A program made the translations under genes and the position numbers. From contig CDPCPM010000013.1 of assembly GCA_976551045.1 (NCBI GenBank), positions 33,294,001 through 33,358,000 of the forward strand: 64,000 bases of DNA, written 5' to 3'. Positions 25,561 through 38,693 of the stretch are shown here, piece after piece. Source of the stretch: Glaucostegus cemiculus (lineage: Eukaryota). The notes under the pieces are model-generated. The model was not told the origin of the DNA and did no database searches. It saw only the letters and a program-made list of their open reading frames with translations. Positions within the stretch are counted from its first letter, which is position 1. Each line of letters opens with the position of its first letter.

Positions 25561-28500
25561 AGCCAGAAGGGACGGCAGACTCCCCACCATAATGAGGAGA
25601 AATGATTTACTGATACTGGGATATACTAACCAATTGCTGATTGTCAGTAAAGAAACAACACCAAACCTCATTCTAATATTAACCATCTAACATTTCAGCG
25701 TATTTTCTTTTTGACTTATAACAATAGCTTATGCTGTTTAAAAATATACAGCATAAATATTCTGCAAAATAAATTCTTTTAGAAATGTGACAAACAGATT
25801 TCAGGATAAAGGGAGGGAAATGTTGCACTATGTTAGAATCTCATTTACGTATATTGATATAAGAAACACTGTGGTATTACATGACAGGGCTTGCACTTGT
25901 GATAGTGTGGTCAATTACTGATCTCAGAACTGTTAGAATAGGAACTGCAGAGCCAGATGTAATGTTTTTCTTTAGAGAAAGAAAGAGCTTCATCTGGACA
26001 ATAGATAATGCAGCTCTGGAACAATGTAGCCACCATCCCCAATTAACGCACTGCCATCCATTCCCAACCCCCACCAAAAAATTAGGTTCTGTCGACTCAG
26101 ATGTTGCACACCAGCAGAAAACCAAACTAATTTATTAAAAACAAGGACAAACTGTTGCCATGTTTTTGAGAATAAATACCTTTTGCAGATCTAAGATTTG
26201 CAGTAATTGTACGTTGAAGAAAAGATAAATTAAAAGGAGAAAAGGTAGAAGAGCGTCAAATTGGATAACAGAAGGGTCAGAGAAATATTAAGAATTCAAA
26301 AACTTTATTTTGTAGATATAATATATTTAAGATTACCAGAACTTCTAGTATCACACACATGTGCTCAAAATATAAGGGGTGAGAGGCTGCAGGTTATTTA
26401 GATTAAACTATTTTATATAAGCATGGCCTGTACCGTTCCAGGACATTGTGTTTTCAGATCGTCTTCAAAATGAAGTTTTAACTCTCCTCTTTGGCTTTAT
26501 ATCTGTATAGATATTTTCAAAATTTCTCAGATGCTTCATTAATTGAAGCCCCTTTTCCTTTATTTATTATCCTTTACTTTTATGAATGGATTGAATGGAG
26601 TACCAACATGACAATGTGAAAAACATTATGGAGCAAATTGGATTGATATTTGAGATGGTATGATCATGCAGAATCAGGCAGATGGAATGTAGAATCCCTT
26701 CTGATCCAGTGCACTTCCAGCAATGCCATTGGGCTGGCTCTAGTTCCCTGCTGGCAGTGTTTCCTGCCCATCCACTCTCCGCTATTCAGTGCATTCATCA
26801 ATTTGTGTCTGTGCAGTGCAATGTAAAAGTGCAAGTGCACTGTAAAAGTTGCAAGTGCATTGGGAGTCAGATGGCGCCCTATATCACCCCCTGTTCTGCT
26901 GCTGGATTTGCCACTCAGGAACATAATAAACTGAGGGGGCAGATACATATCCTATCTGTTTCCTCAGCTTTATGAGAACCATGTCTGCCATACAAACTCC
27001 AATCCCATTCAATAGAATGGGGTTGCTGATTTTCATTAAAAAGGCAAGTTCAGGTTAAGTTTTGGATTCATTTTTCTTTATTCTTTACATTTGTAAAATT
27101 AATTTACAGTATTTTAACTATTTTATTTATATTTAATCATTTTAAGCATATTTTTAAATTAATCTTTTTAATCTGTAATTAAATGTCTCTGATGATCAGC
27201 ACATTTAAAAATAGGGAAACTGTTTTTGACAGCTGCAGAATGGAGGCCTCCACTACAATTAAGTGTGGGAGTGTGCGCAGCCAGTCAGATTGAGCACACT
27301 CTGGCCCAATGTCAGAATTCCATCTGCAGGTTTCAAGCCAAATTTCCATAATCACCTATTCTACTTGGGAACATTACTACCATTTCAGTAATAAGGGTTC
27401 ATGGAAACAGAAGCCCTGTCACATCAGGCAACATAATAACTTTCGTTGATAGACCGTGCATGGCATTTACAAAGATAGGTACAGAGGTAAGTTCTGAAAT
27501 GTAAGATTTACTGAAAAAGATGGCCATTCATTTTTGGCCACTAGGAATGAAGCTTTATGGTCCACTATTTGTATTACGTGCATGTGTGAACTTAAAGCTG
27601 AGAAGATGGCTTTTCACTCCATTGTGCTATGTAGCAAGATTCAAAACTAATCTCCTTGTTGTCTCCTACCTATAATCCACCCTCTGCCGCAAATAGTTAT
27701 TCAATTGCCCCTTAAAGATTGCCTTGAATACTCCCTGAAGCATATCCAAACAACAGAGTTCTAACTACAGTCTAACCAATGCTCTGAAGCAAAGTCGTGA
27801 GTATTGTACGGTCAGTAAGACAACTACAATGGGAATCTTCAATGTGCACTCTGGTTGTATGATACTTTAGACAAAATACAAACAATGGACAACAAAAAAA
27901 AAGCTCAATCTATGCTGCACAATACAAGGTAATATAAAATTTTACTTTTTAGGAAAACTCATGTGCTGCAAGGATTGCACGTTGGTTTCACTGATTTCAG
28001 GGTAGAACTTTTATCATCAACACTGTAAGCTACCATTGCATCAATGGTTTGCACTTACAATGCATGGTTAATGTAGTTAACCATCCCCAAGATGCTTTAC
28101 AGAAATTATCAAATAAAATACAAAATTTGACCACAGATATATTGGGCCTGGATTTTTTCAGAATTGGCACGGCTTCACCATGAAACTGAAGTGTGCAGTA
28201 TAATGTGGAAGGCCAGAGGTCTCTGATGGTGATTTAGCTGTTTCTCTACGGGGTGGCCAATTCTGCAGCATCCTTTAAGCAGAATCCTCAGAAACTACTG
28301 AAGATACGTACCTGGAAAAAGTGGAGTTGATCAGATTTTTCTTGCAGCTTTCTGCAAAGACATTGGCAAATGCTGTTGCTTTGCTGTCAGCCACAAAAGC
28401 CAGGCCATTGACCCAATGCTTGGTTAAACTAATAGGATTTAAGAAGCAATATAAAAGGAGGGAAGTACAAAGCGGAGGGGGCTATTGGAGCGGTCAGCTG

Positions 28501-30892
28501 GACTTGGGTCTTCAGCTGTAAACTTCAACCGCTTGGGTGCTACTTTTCAGCTGTCACACATTTTCTTTTACAATGCTGCAGATCCTGCAAAGGAAAATAC
28601 GAGGCCAGCTGTGGAGGAAGAGAGGATCAGGAGTCCGAGTCCTAGGTGAAGGGTTTATTGCATTAGAGACCTAGTCAGAGCTGTGTTCTCAACAGGTGGG
28701 AGACAAGTCAGCTTGTGGCAGTAGGGGGAGTCTATGTGGTTGTGATTGGAGATCCAAGAGGGAGATGGGAAAGTTTTGGGAACTGGCAGAAAGTAGTCTG
28801 GTCCTAGTAAAAAGATTGGAGAGTTCGGGGTGGGTGGAGTGGGAAGAGGTTGATGCAAAGACTATAGCTGGCCCAAAACTTTAGGTAAACAGTGGAACTT
28901 ATCTTAATGGAGTTCCAGTCTGGCACAGTGCAATTAAAATCTAGATGGTTTGGGACTGCCCAATGATCCCAGATTAATGTGGTGTGATTTCTCTAATCCA
29001 GGGGATTTTAGCATATGACCTATGTTAGACTTCACACCAGCATTTAGTTGAATTTCCAGAATGACATGAAATAACGACTGAGTGGGTTGAATATTTGGCC
29101 TTAGTATCAGAACGGTCTAGTTGCAATCCCACAAAAAAAACCCACACTAATGAAAATGGCCACAAATAAAATGGCTGCTATATAACTTGAAGATTTATGT
29201 TATGACTAACAGCATGCTGTAATAATTGGTCAACTGGGATTGAGAATGAAAATTGCCACAAAATTACCTCAGAAGTGTGAAATTAGGTAAATTGGACAGG
29301 TCCCAAAAGGGCAAGCTCTTACACAAAAAATGTGATTTTGAGGAAAAGAAATACTTTAAATTCAAGGCACTTCAGCATTTCAAGTCTCCCACAAAAGCAA
29401 ATCACAATTGTTTGAAGAACTTTACCTCCTGTCAAACAAAACTTTTCCCCACAATGTTCATACATATTTAAGAGACCTAGTAAGGCTTATAGTCATGGGA
29501 TATGTTCATCAGTGAACAATTCTTTCTAAATTATTTAGACAGGGAGGCCTTTATTTCTTGATTGCCAATCTGAAAGCAAAAGGCTTGGGACTAGATGAGA
29601 GAGCTCCCGCTTTTGCTTTTCAAAAGACATTAAAATCAACCTAGTGGAACTTTTGCTGATAAATAAGTAAAATGCCATGCAGCTTTCATAAGAAATCCCT
29701 TTCCAGTTTCGCCACAGTTTTCTGCAGACTTCAGTTGGGTTTGCATATTAGTGCCTCCCCTACTGTGCTGGCATGACATTTCTATTCTCCATCCACTACA
29801 CTGGGGCCTCCAAAAATGAGCCTGACAAATTGTGCTCTGCTCTCATTCCATTGCAAAATGGATTGAGCCTGCCAGCAATAACTTCATTTCTGACCCATTC
29901 CAGCTGTCAGAAAGTGAGATGTTCATCCTTTCTGTTTGGGCTGGATTTAAATTCAGTTCCCAAAAGCAAAGTGACAGTGCTAATGCATTGTTACATTCAG
30001 CCTGCCTCAGTCATGCCAAATGCTAATGAACCTCTGTCTTTGTCTGTGGTGAAAAATATAATTTATGTCTCATTTGTTATAAAATTTTCCTCAGTGAAAT
30101 ATGCAGGGAATTCAAGCTTTACAGAAACTGGGAGAAACAAGCCCCATACAATTATAGCTCTTTGTAAGAAGTGTTGGTTTTCTGAAGGATCCAATAGTTA
30201 GAAATAAGGCAGTTTGAGCTCTTGGGAATACACACAAGATTAGGTAATGTTGAAGCAGTTGCAGGAAAATCACCACTGTATCATTGCAAAAACCATCATC
30301 TAGCATTTCACTGAAGTTGTTAACTGCATTATTTTACTCTCTACTATGCTTTTATAAACTGATTCTTCAAGCAATAATAAACCAAGATCAGACTCAAAAG
30401 GTTTCAATCAAAATATATAAAGTTTGTTTATAAAAAAAACATATTTTGAAAGTACTTTGAGAGCTCACACAGGACACTCAAAAATCTGAAGAATTAGGGA
30501 ATGAATTAAAACAAAATCAACCATGACATGACTTTGGACATAAATGCAAGTTAAATAGATGTCTGTTCCTTCTCATTTGTTTTTTCCCCCTTCTCTTCTA
30601 AGTTTTCTTGGCCATTTTAGCCAGATGCACAGCAATTCTAATCCTAGGATTCTGCCTGCAATTGGATACCAAGTGAAAGTGGTGCATGCACCACAAGGTA
30701 ACATAATTTACTCTTTTCTTCATTGTGCCACTCTGTGCAGATACAACTTTCAATAAGCAAAGCCAAACCAGATGACGGCAGTTTTCTGCCCAGATCTGGT
30801 GTCAACCTGCAGTTTGATGAGCACCTGCATGCAGTCTGAAAGGACCTCGAGGGTTAGGACAAATTATAGCAAAACTGAAGCTATGTCCTTTA

Positions 30893-33055
30893 TCAACTGG
30901 TCCTACTGATCATTTGCTTCCTTTGCCGTTGGGTCCCATTACCTGAAGGTACAGAGAACATGATCCTGTAAGAGTGAAAGCCAAGGGAACAAGTACCTGG
31001 AACTCTGGATGTCAAGGGATAACAAGGGTTAGCTAAAGAGAAAAAGAAATACAGGGCAGGTGTGGAGATAAAAGATGGGGCTGGCCTGTCACAAGTATAA
31101 AAAGTGTAGGGAGGCACTTGAAAAGGAAGTTAGGAAGTTAAAGAGGGGTCACGAAATATCACTGGCACAGGATGCCAATGGAATGTTATAAGTATATTAA
31201 GAGCAAAAGAATAACCAAGGAAAGATTAGGGACAAGGGCAATCTGTCCGTGGGGCCAGAACATATAAATGAAGTCTTAAATGAATGCTTTTCATCAGTAT
31301 TCATAAAGGAAGTGGACTTTGTTATTGGAGAATTCAGGGAAGGGGAGAGGAAGTACTCAATGCCCTTGTGGGCTTAAAGGTAGATAAATTCCCAGGGCCA
31401 GATGAGATTTATCCTAGACTGTAATGGGAGGCAAGGAAAGAGATTGCTGGGGCTCTGGCTGAGATTTTTAAATCTCCACAAGCCACACGAAGTACCAGAT
31501 GACTGAAGGACAGCTAATGTGGTCACCCTTTTGCAGAAGGGTAGCAGGGAAATGCTTGGTAATTACAGATCTGTAAGCCTAACATTAGTAACACAGAAGT
31601 TATTGGAAAAAAATCTGATTGTCAGGATTATTGATTCCTTGGAAAAGCAGGAACAAAGCAGAGAGAGCCAACATGGCTTTTTGAAGGGCAGATCTGTCTG
31701 ACTATTCTGGTTTAATTTTTTGATGAGGTAACACGTGCATGAGGGCAGTGTAGTAGATGTGGTTTACATGGTGTTCAGTAAGGCCTTCAACAAGGCACCA
31801 TGTGGAAGACTGATATAAAAGTTTGGGGGCTATGGGATCCAGGGGAAGTTGGCAAATTGAATTCAAAATTAGCTTGGCAATAGGAGACAAAGGGTGATTG
31901 TAGAGGGTTGTTTTTGTGATTAGATGCCTATGACTAGTGGTGTTCCACAGGGATTGGTGCTGGAATCCTTTCTGTTTGTAATAAATGTGAATAATTTGAA
32001 CATGGATGTAGGAAACAAGAAAAGTTCACAGATGACAAAGATTGGAGGAATCGTTGATAGTGTGAATGGTAGTCTTAGGTTACAGGGTGATATTGATGTG
32101 TTATTGAAGTGAGCTGAGAAATGGCAGATGGAGTTTAATCCAGAGAAATGTGAGGTGATGCATTTTGGGGTGTACTAATGAGGCTAGGACCTACACTGTG
32201 AATGGTAGGGTCCTAGGGAGTATTGAGGAAGAGAGGGACACATCCAAAGATTCTTGAAGGTGGCAACACAAGTAGATAATGTGGTTAAGGCAGCATATGG
32301 GACACTGGCCTTCTTTAGTTAGGGCACTGAATACAAGAGCAGAGAGGTTATGCCCCAACTTTACAAAACATTGGTCAAAATTCAGCTCGTGTACTACGTA
32401 CAGTTCCAGTCACCACACTATTGGAAAGATGTGACAGTGCTGGAGAGGGTGCAGAGAAAATTCACCATGATGTTATCTTTTATTTAGGTGATGGAGCCTT
32501 TAAGTTATGAGACTAGAGAGGCCACGCCTGTTTTCCGTGGAGCAAAGATTAAGAGAGGTCAGTATATACAATTATTAGGGGTATAGATGGGGTGTACTGC
32601 AGGAAACTTTTCCCCTTAATCAGAGGTGAATAAAACTAGAGGATTTAGGGCATTTAGGGTCAGAGGAGAGATTGTGAGGTTGGAATTCTTCTCAGATGGT
32701 TAAGGAGAGATTCAATAGGTGTTCAAGATTGTACCTTTTTGTGGTCACATCTCAATGGCTCTGAACATCATCTGAGTTTTGCTCAGGGTAAGGGGCAAGA
32801 TACTCAGAAGGGATCTGAGGGGAACTTTTCTCACCCAGAGAGCAGCAAGTACCTGGAATGCAAGGCCAGGGAGAGTAGTGGAAACAGAGGTGCTAACAGC
32901 ATTTAAAAAGTGAAGAGACAAGTATTTGGATCTCCTAGGCAATAGAAGGCTACGGGCCAATTACTGGAAGACAGGATTAATATGGATGGGTACACATTGG
33001 TAAGCATGGATGCAGTGGGCCGAATGGTCTGCTTCCATGCTGTAAGACTCTATGA
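30893..33055 (+). mobile_element. CR1/HER1-type LINE, about 2.1 kb, decayed
   Basis: GNYRSVSLTLV...SQHGFLKGRS and TSGVPQGLVLESFLFVINVN...TKIGGIVDS motifs; tail gggccgaatggtctgcttccatgctgtaagactctatga. A second short CR1-like piece is inserted near 32660-32785. Confidence 0.93.
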
Positions 33056-33067
33056 TTTGGGGCACGT

Positions 33068-34105
33068 TGTCAGGCTATAGAAGAAACTAGGATTGTGGAA
33101 GTAGCACTTCCTGCTTGAGGTGTTGCTGCACGTGACACAGGTGTGGCCCATACCCCACTCCTGCATTATAGTATCCAACTGATCAGTCTTCTATTGTCTG
33201 GACGTCAAATACAGATCAGGTCTGCAGAGAAGGGAGAGGGAAGGATGGTGAAATGTTTTCAACGTGGCTCTCATCCAAAGAATACCTTTGTGTGTGGCTG
33301 CATCAACCTGTGCATAGACTGTGTGTATGCAAACTCTAAGTGACACTATATGTCGAGGTTTTATCTGTCCTTGGAGCTGTGAAGAATGGGTTTGGCCGTT
33401 CCATTCAGTTGAACTGTGCTTTACCCCCCATCTCTCATGAAAATCTTTGCACGGAGATCTGATCAAATCAATCGAGCAACAGTTTGCATGGAATGTTCTC
33501 AAAACCCTCTAGGAAAAGGTGATGATGAATTCTGTTGGATGGTTTTTGTATTAACTTCTCAAATTCAACAGCATAACTTTCAAATGAACACCAAAACCTT
33601 TCTTGACCAATGGTAACAAGAACCCTTTCTGTCAGTTCCTTCATGCATGGCTGGAGTCTGCCCTCAAGGTGATTGTGATGAGGAAGAGACCACCTTTCCT
33701 CTAGGTTCATTTGCCAAGAAGATCCAGAAGGAGATGCCATTTCTTTTATCCAGGTTCATCACAAACAGCTTGTAACACAGGACTATGTTCTCTATGGGCT
33801 GTCAGCAGGAACACACAAAGAGATGAACACCTACTGCCACTGGATCTTTGTCAACTCAGTGAAGGATGTTCTTTGGTCTATCTGAAATTTGCTGATCTAG
33901 TTCAAAGAGCTGTCCATAAATGAAGATTATGGGCTGACACATTCCAAGGTCAAGGACTACATGTTGAGTGATGTGTTACGGACCAGGTTGCTATTTGGTG
34001 AATGTCCCTTTAAACTATAGCACAATAGAGTAGTAGTATGTGTGTGTGGTGTCATCACGGCAACAAGATAACAACATGCTGATGTTTTTTGCTCACTGAG
34101 AAGGA

Positions 34106-34144
<39 letters not shown>

Positions 34145-34932
34145 TACACTGACTGCTGGTCTCTGTATCGATGGTGAAGAACAATAACTGTGTCTGTCAC
34201 TACAATCCACGTATGGATTTTTGGAGCAATCCAGTGGAGTCTACTTTGTCGTTAACCTGTAGAAGGAAACAAGTATTTCTGTGGATGGCCATGTATCTAA
34301 TGCCTTTTGGGGTGCAGATACTTTGGAACAAAGCAGTGGAGATCATCAGTGATTGAGGTGTTGTACGGGTTCCATCATGGAACATATAGATTTTATAATT
34401 TCTCTCTGTATTTTCTCTACATTTTCTCTTCAGTCAACGGTGGTTTTGCAAAAGTCTTTGCTCATGTTTCACCTTATGACTTGCTGAACTGAACTTCGAG
34501 AACTATTCCTGGACTTGGAGTTTGGGAATTTGACACACACACACTTTGAGTTTAGCTTTGGGGGTTAATGTTTAATATCTAACATTTTTACTTTTCTTAT
34601 TATCATAAGTAGCTATTAATAAAATAGTTTCTAACACTTATACATGACACGGTATGTTTCTTTTGTTGTTGGTACATAACAGATGCATTGAAGCATTATG
34701 CAGCCACCACAGTATGTCTTTGGGGAAAGGTCATGGTTTAAGGCCTCCTGCTACTGCACACTCTGGAATTCTGCATAAGAGCCCCTTGAACCTATTGCTC
34801 ATGGAATGTGTGTGAATGTTATGATGCTATTATGTAGCCCTTGTAAGCAAATGGAACAGGATATCTTGTACTGGTGACATATGAATGTACAGTCTGCAAA
34901 TTTTAGTAATAAAATATATTTTAGGAAAAAAA
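33068..34932 (+). mobile_element. Tx1-clade non-LTR retrotransposon 3' portion, split by a solo LTR
   Basis: Reads HWIFVNSVKDVLWSI*NLLI*FKELSINEDYGLTHSKVKDYMLSD|ALKHYAATTVCLWGKVMV*, resembling a Tx1-type ORF2 C-terminus. Ends with AATAAA and an A-rich tail near 34908-34932. Confidence 0.75.
33974..34681 (+). mobile_element. Solo LTR (708 bp), probably Gypsy-type, with 4-bp TSD
   Basis: Termini TGTTACG...CATAACA (6/7 inverted match). TSD GATG at 33970-33973 and 34682-34685. AATAAA at 34618; internal (GA)n(GACA)n microsatellite. Confidence 0.9.
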
Positions 34933-35324
34933 CAAAGCCAAGCTAATGGAAAAGTGATATAACCTAGCCAGCCTTTATTTCTCTATGAATTATCACTAAA
35001 CTGTTGATGTATTGCCTGCATGAATACAGTGATAATGGATCAAAGAGTAACTATCTGGTTATGAAATATCAAGTGGGAGGAAGATGTGAAAGGTGCCATA
35101 TAAATGCAGTTTTACTTGTTACCCTTTTCTTCTAACAAGTGTCAAAGAAACACAGTGGCTTCTACAATATACTGAGAACTCTCATTTTTAAATCAGGAGG
35201 ATGGCACTGCAAGATCCAATCCAGGAAATAAAAGGCTGCGATATTAAAGCTGATATCAACAACATTTTGCATTCATACAATGTAATAATGATTTGAAAAT
35301 ATAAAGCTAGCAATGGCAACAACA

Positions 35325-35592
35325 GGTATACCAGGTTGTCATAAAATCCATCAAGTTCATTAATGTTCTTTAGAGAAAGGAATCTGTCATACCAGGTCTG
35401 GGTTGTACGTGAAGCCAGATCCACTTATGTGGTTTTATGTCTTAACTAAACTCTGAAATGGCCAAACTACTCACTTGAATCCAACTTTCACTATAGGATT
35501 GGATTGCAGTGGATTAAAGGAACTCACAACTACTTTCTCAAGAGCAATTGGACATGGTCATTAAATGCTGCTCTTGATAGAAAGCTGAATAA
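35325..35592 (+). mobile_element. Old SINE fragment with L2/CR1-group tail
   Basis: gttgtcataaaatcc...gttcattaatgttctttagagaaaggaatctg body. Its ctttctcaagagcaattggacatggtcattaaatgctg tail is shared with the LINE at 45195-45815. Confidence 0.6.
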
Positions 35593-35761
35593 ATAAGAAA
35601 AATCCTCCATTCTTTGCACCAATTTTACAGCATGCAGCATTGATGGTTGATAATATGGCCATTGCCACCTTCTGAAATTTCCTTAATCCCTCCAGTTTGC
35701 CACCTCTTAAGACTCTTCTAAAACCTAATATTTAACCTAATAAACCTCAAATTATACCTCC

Positions 35762-35983
35762 CTTTTAATTTTTAAAATTGTATTTAAATTTAAAAAAATT
35801 TTTTTTAACAGCATGGTAACAGGCCCTTCCAGCCAACGAGTCCGCACCACCCATTTTAAACCCAAATTAACCTACCCATACGCTTTTAAAATGTGGGGGG
35901 AAACCGGAGCACCCGGAGGAAACCCACGCAGACATGGGAGAATGGCAGACACACTCCTTACAGACAACGATGGGAATTGAACT
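35762..35983 (-). mobile_element. V-SINE of the same family as 14684-14951, 5'-truncated
   Basis: Reverse complement matches the B box, V-domain and AT-rich tail of the 14684 copy. Confidence 0.9.
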
Positions 35984-36014
35984 CTTCTAAAGGTTTCTAA
36001 AGGGTAGCAATTTA

Positions 36015-37215
36015 TGCCACAAAAGAGACCATTCAGCTTTTCCTATCTGTGCCAACAATAAAAGGACATACTTCAGTTAATCCTACTACCAGTTCTCAAT
36101 CCATAATCTTTTAAATTGCAGACTTCAAGAAGTCATCCTGGCAGTGAGTTGAGACCCTGATTACTCTTAGGGTGAAACCTTGCTTTCCACAATTCTATTT
36201 TTTCTGTCAATTATCTTAAATCCTTGTTCCCTAGTTACTGACCTCTCTATTAGAAATAGGTTCTTTCTGTTCGCCCTTCTTAGATCTCTCATAACTCTAG
36301 ATACATCAACTACATCTCCCCTCAGCCTCCTGTTTTTTTTAAAAAGACATAAATCAGCCTGGCCAATCTCTAATCATAACCAAAACAATCAGTCCTGGCA
36401 ATTTCTTTCTAAATCTCCTGTGCATTCTCTCCAGAGCTATTATACATTTCCTACAAAGTGACCAGAACTAGTTATGGCCTAACTAATAGTTTATTAAGGT
36501 TATCCAGCATGATTTCTGTGTCTCAGCCAATAGGGGTAATTTTCCCAAATGCTTTCTCAAGCATTTTAACAATTTGTCCTGCTATCTTCAGAGATTTGTC
36601 AATGTCTCAGTTCTTTTACTATCTGTGTCTTGTTTGCCATACCAAATTCATTACCATAAGAATAGAATTCGATTTGTCACTTTTTTTTTGCTGACTTGAC
36701 CAGATTCTTGATTGCTGCAACCTACAATTTTCCTCCCATCTCTGTCAACTGTTGCCAATTTTGATATCATTTGCAAACTTCTTAACCACGTCTTCTACAT
36801 TCAAGCCTAACTCATTGATATACACCACTGAAAAGTGAGAGACCTAAAGTGTTTCAATCATGAATACTCCCTCCAACCAATGAACTTTGTTTTTTGTCAG
36901 CGATTCGCTTTTCGATCCAACTTGTGACATTCTCTTGGATCCCACAGGCTTTTACTTTCCTCAACAATGTGCCATTTGAAACTATCAAATGCCCTGCTAC
37001 AATCCATGTAGACTACATTAAATACTATACTCATTGTTACATTCACAAAAATACAATTTAGACAGACAAACTTCCCTTAACAAATTGATAGCAATCCCCG
37101 ATTAATCCATTCCTTTCTAAATTTATACCATTCCTCAGAACTTCTAATAATTTGCCTATTTAGGCTGACTTGCTGGCAATTACTTAGTCTATACTTTTCT
37201 CCTGTATTAAACAAC
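36015..37215 (-). mobile_element. CR1-type LINE, old and decayed
   Basis: Degenerate CR1 motifs (ccaattttgatatcatttgcaaactt is the reverse of KFANDIKIG; atccatgtagactacatt) and a reverse-strand tail near 36020. Confidence 0.75.
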
Positions 37216-38180
37216 ATCTGTGCCCATTTCCTGTCCACAATTCATTTCTGTGACATCATGACTTCTGGTCATCGATTTGTTTCAAAGTTATCATTGTAAA
37301 TTTTTTCCATCCATACTACTCATTCAGTCTTGCTTCATTTGTCTTTGCTGTCACTGTTTCTTGATAAACCAATCACATCACACAAATTGGTGTCTCTCTC
37401 AGGAGAAATTTCTCTCTCATTATGTGAAATTTATGGCCAAAGAACATCTAATGCAGTCCCCAAGAAGATGGGAGCCAACAGAAGCTTAGAGGAATCAAAG
37501 AAATTCTGGACTGCATTGTTTTGTGGGCCACTTCTTATAGATCGCAGAATAATCAGATTTATTGTGCAGGGTTGACCACCAAGATAATTGTCCACACATG
37601 ACATTATCTTGTTGGGCATTAGCACGTGGTTAAGAAGTCTTATACTGTTGTGGTTTGCTCATGCAGACAATGAGAATATTAAGGAAGAGGAAACCACCAG
37701 TAGGGCCTGAACTTTGCTTCAATCTGCCTTCAAAACATCCAATTACTCCGTAAATTAATTAAGGCATCTTTCTCCTAACTTCTTAATTAATTGGTATTGC
37801 TATTAACATTGTTACAATTTAGACATGGTCCAGAACTGGAATATCCTCACACTGTACAGAGAAATTAATTGGTTCTTTGGGGGCATGGTTTGTATCAGCA
37901 GAACCCAGCAAATCTCCTAGCAGCACAATCGAGTGATTAAATCCATTATCTTACATGAAATTGCTGAATCGCTTAAGACAGTGTGATGCTGGCAGCAAAG
38001 AACAATAAGGTTGGTCTACTGCAAGATTCTGACATACAAAATCATCTTAAAACAATTATCCTGCTTGTTTCTTTTGTCATATTCTTAAAATGAATAGGGA
38101 GCTTTTCATTGGAGACACAAGAGACTGAAAATGCTGCAAACTGGAGTGAAAAAAATAAACTTTGGTTGGCATATCTGTAC

Positions 38181-38693
38181 GTGACTACTTTGAAAGTCAG
38201 TCTACCTTCCTTTTATGGCAGCCCAACTCTTCCCCTCTAAATTAGCAATATGCTATGAACACAGCTATTAGCCCGGGCACTTTCTCGTTTCATGGTTTGG
38301 ATCCCACAAGTTCCTCCAAAGGAGATTTTCAAAAATGATGTCAATTTTTAGACTTCCATGTTTAAATGAATAAGTGGACACCAGAGCTTGATAGCAGTTT
38401 AACTCTTATAATAATGGTGAGTACTGACTGTCTTATTTTTAGTGGCTCCAAAGAAGCCACAGATTGGACTTGAAAAATTCATCTGAGTGTAAGGGAGAAA
38501 TCAGAATGATCTATTTTATAGAAATATCACAACTATTTCTATTTTATAGAAATGTCCATATGTGACTACTTTGAAAGGCAGTTTAACTTCCTTTTATGAC
38601 AGCCTAACTCTTCACCTCTAAATTTGCAACATGCTTTGAACACAACCATTAGACCAGGCATTTTTTAGTTTCATGGGTTTGGATTCCACAAGT
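38181..38693 (+). repeat. Direct duplication of about 131 bp (38181-38311 and 38562-38693)
   Basis: Both copies run gtgactactttgaaag...catgg(g)tttggat(c/t)ccacaagt, roughly 85% identical by eye. Confidence 0.93.

Noticed and set aside
28306-28330. Recursive-splice-like motif ctttttccag|gtacgt in the long intron
   Set aside because: The regenerated donor (TCA|gtacgt) would be weak, the site lies in a probable old transposon remnant, and known vertebrate recursive sites are mostly in much longer introns.
29773-30201. 142-aa ORF (+ strand)
   Set aside because: No recognisable motif, and it appears to run through a degenerate SINE head near 29930-29990.
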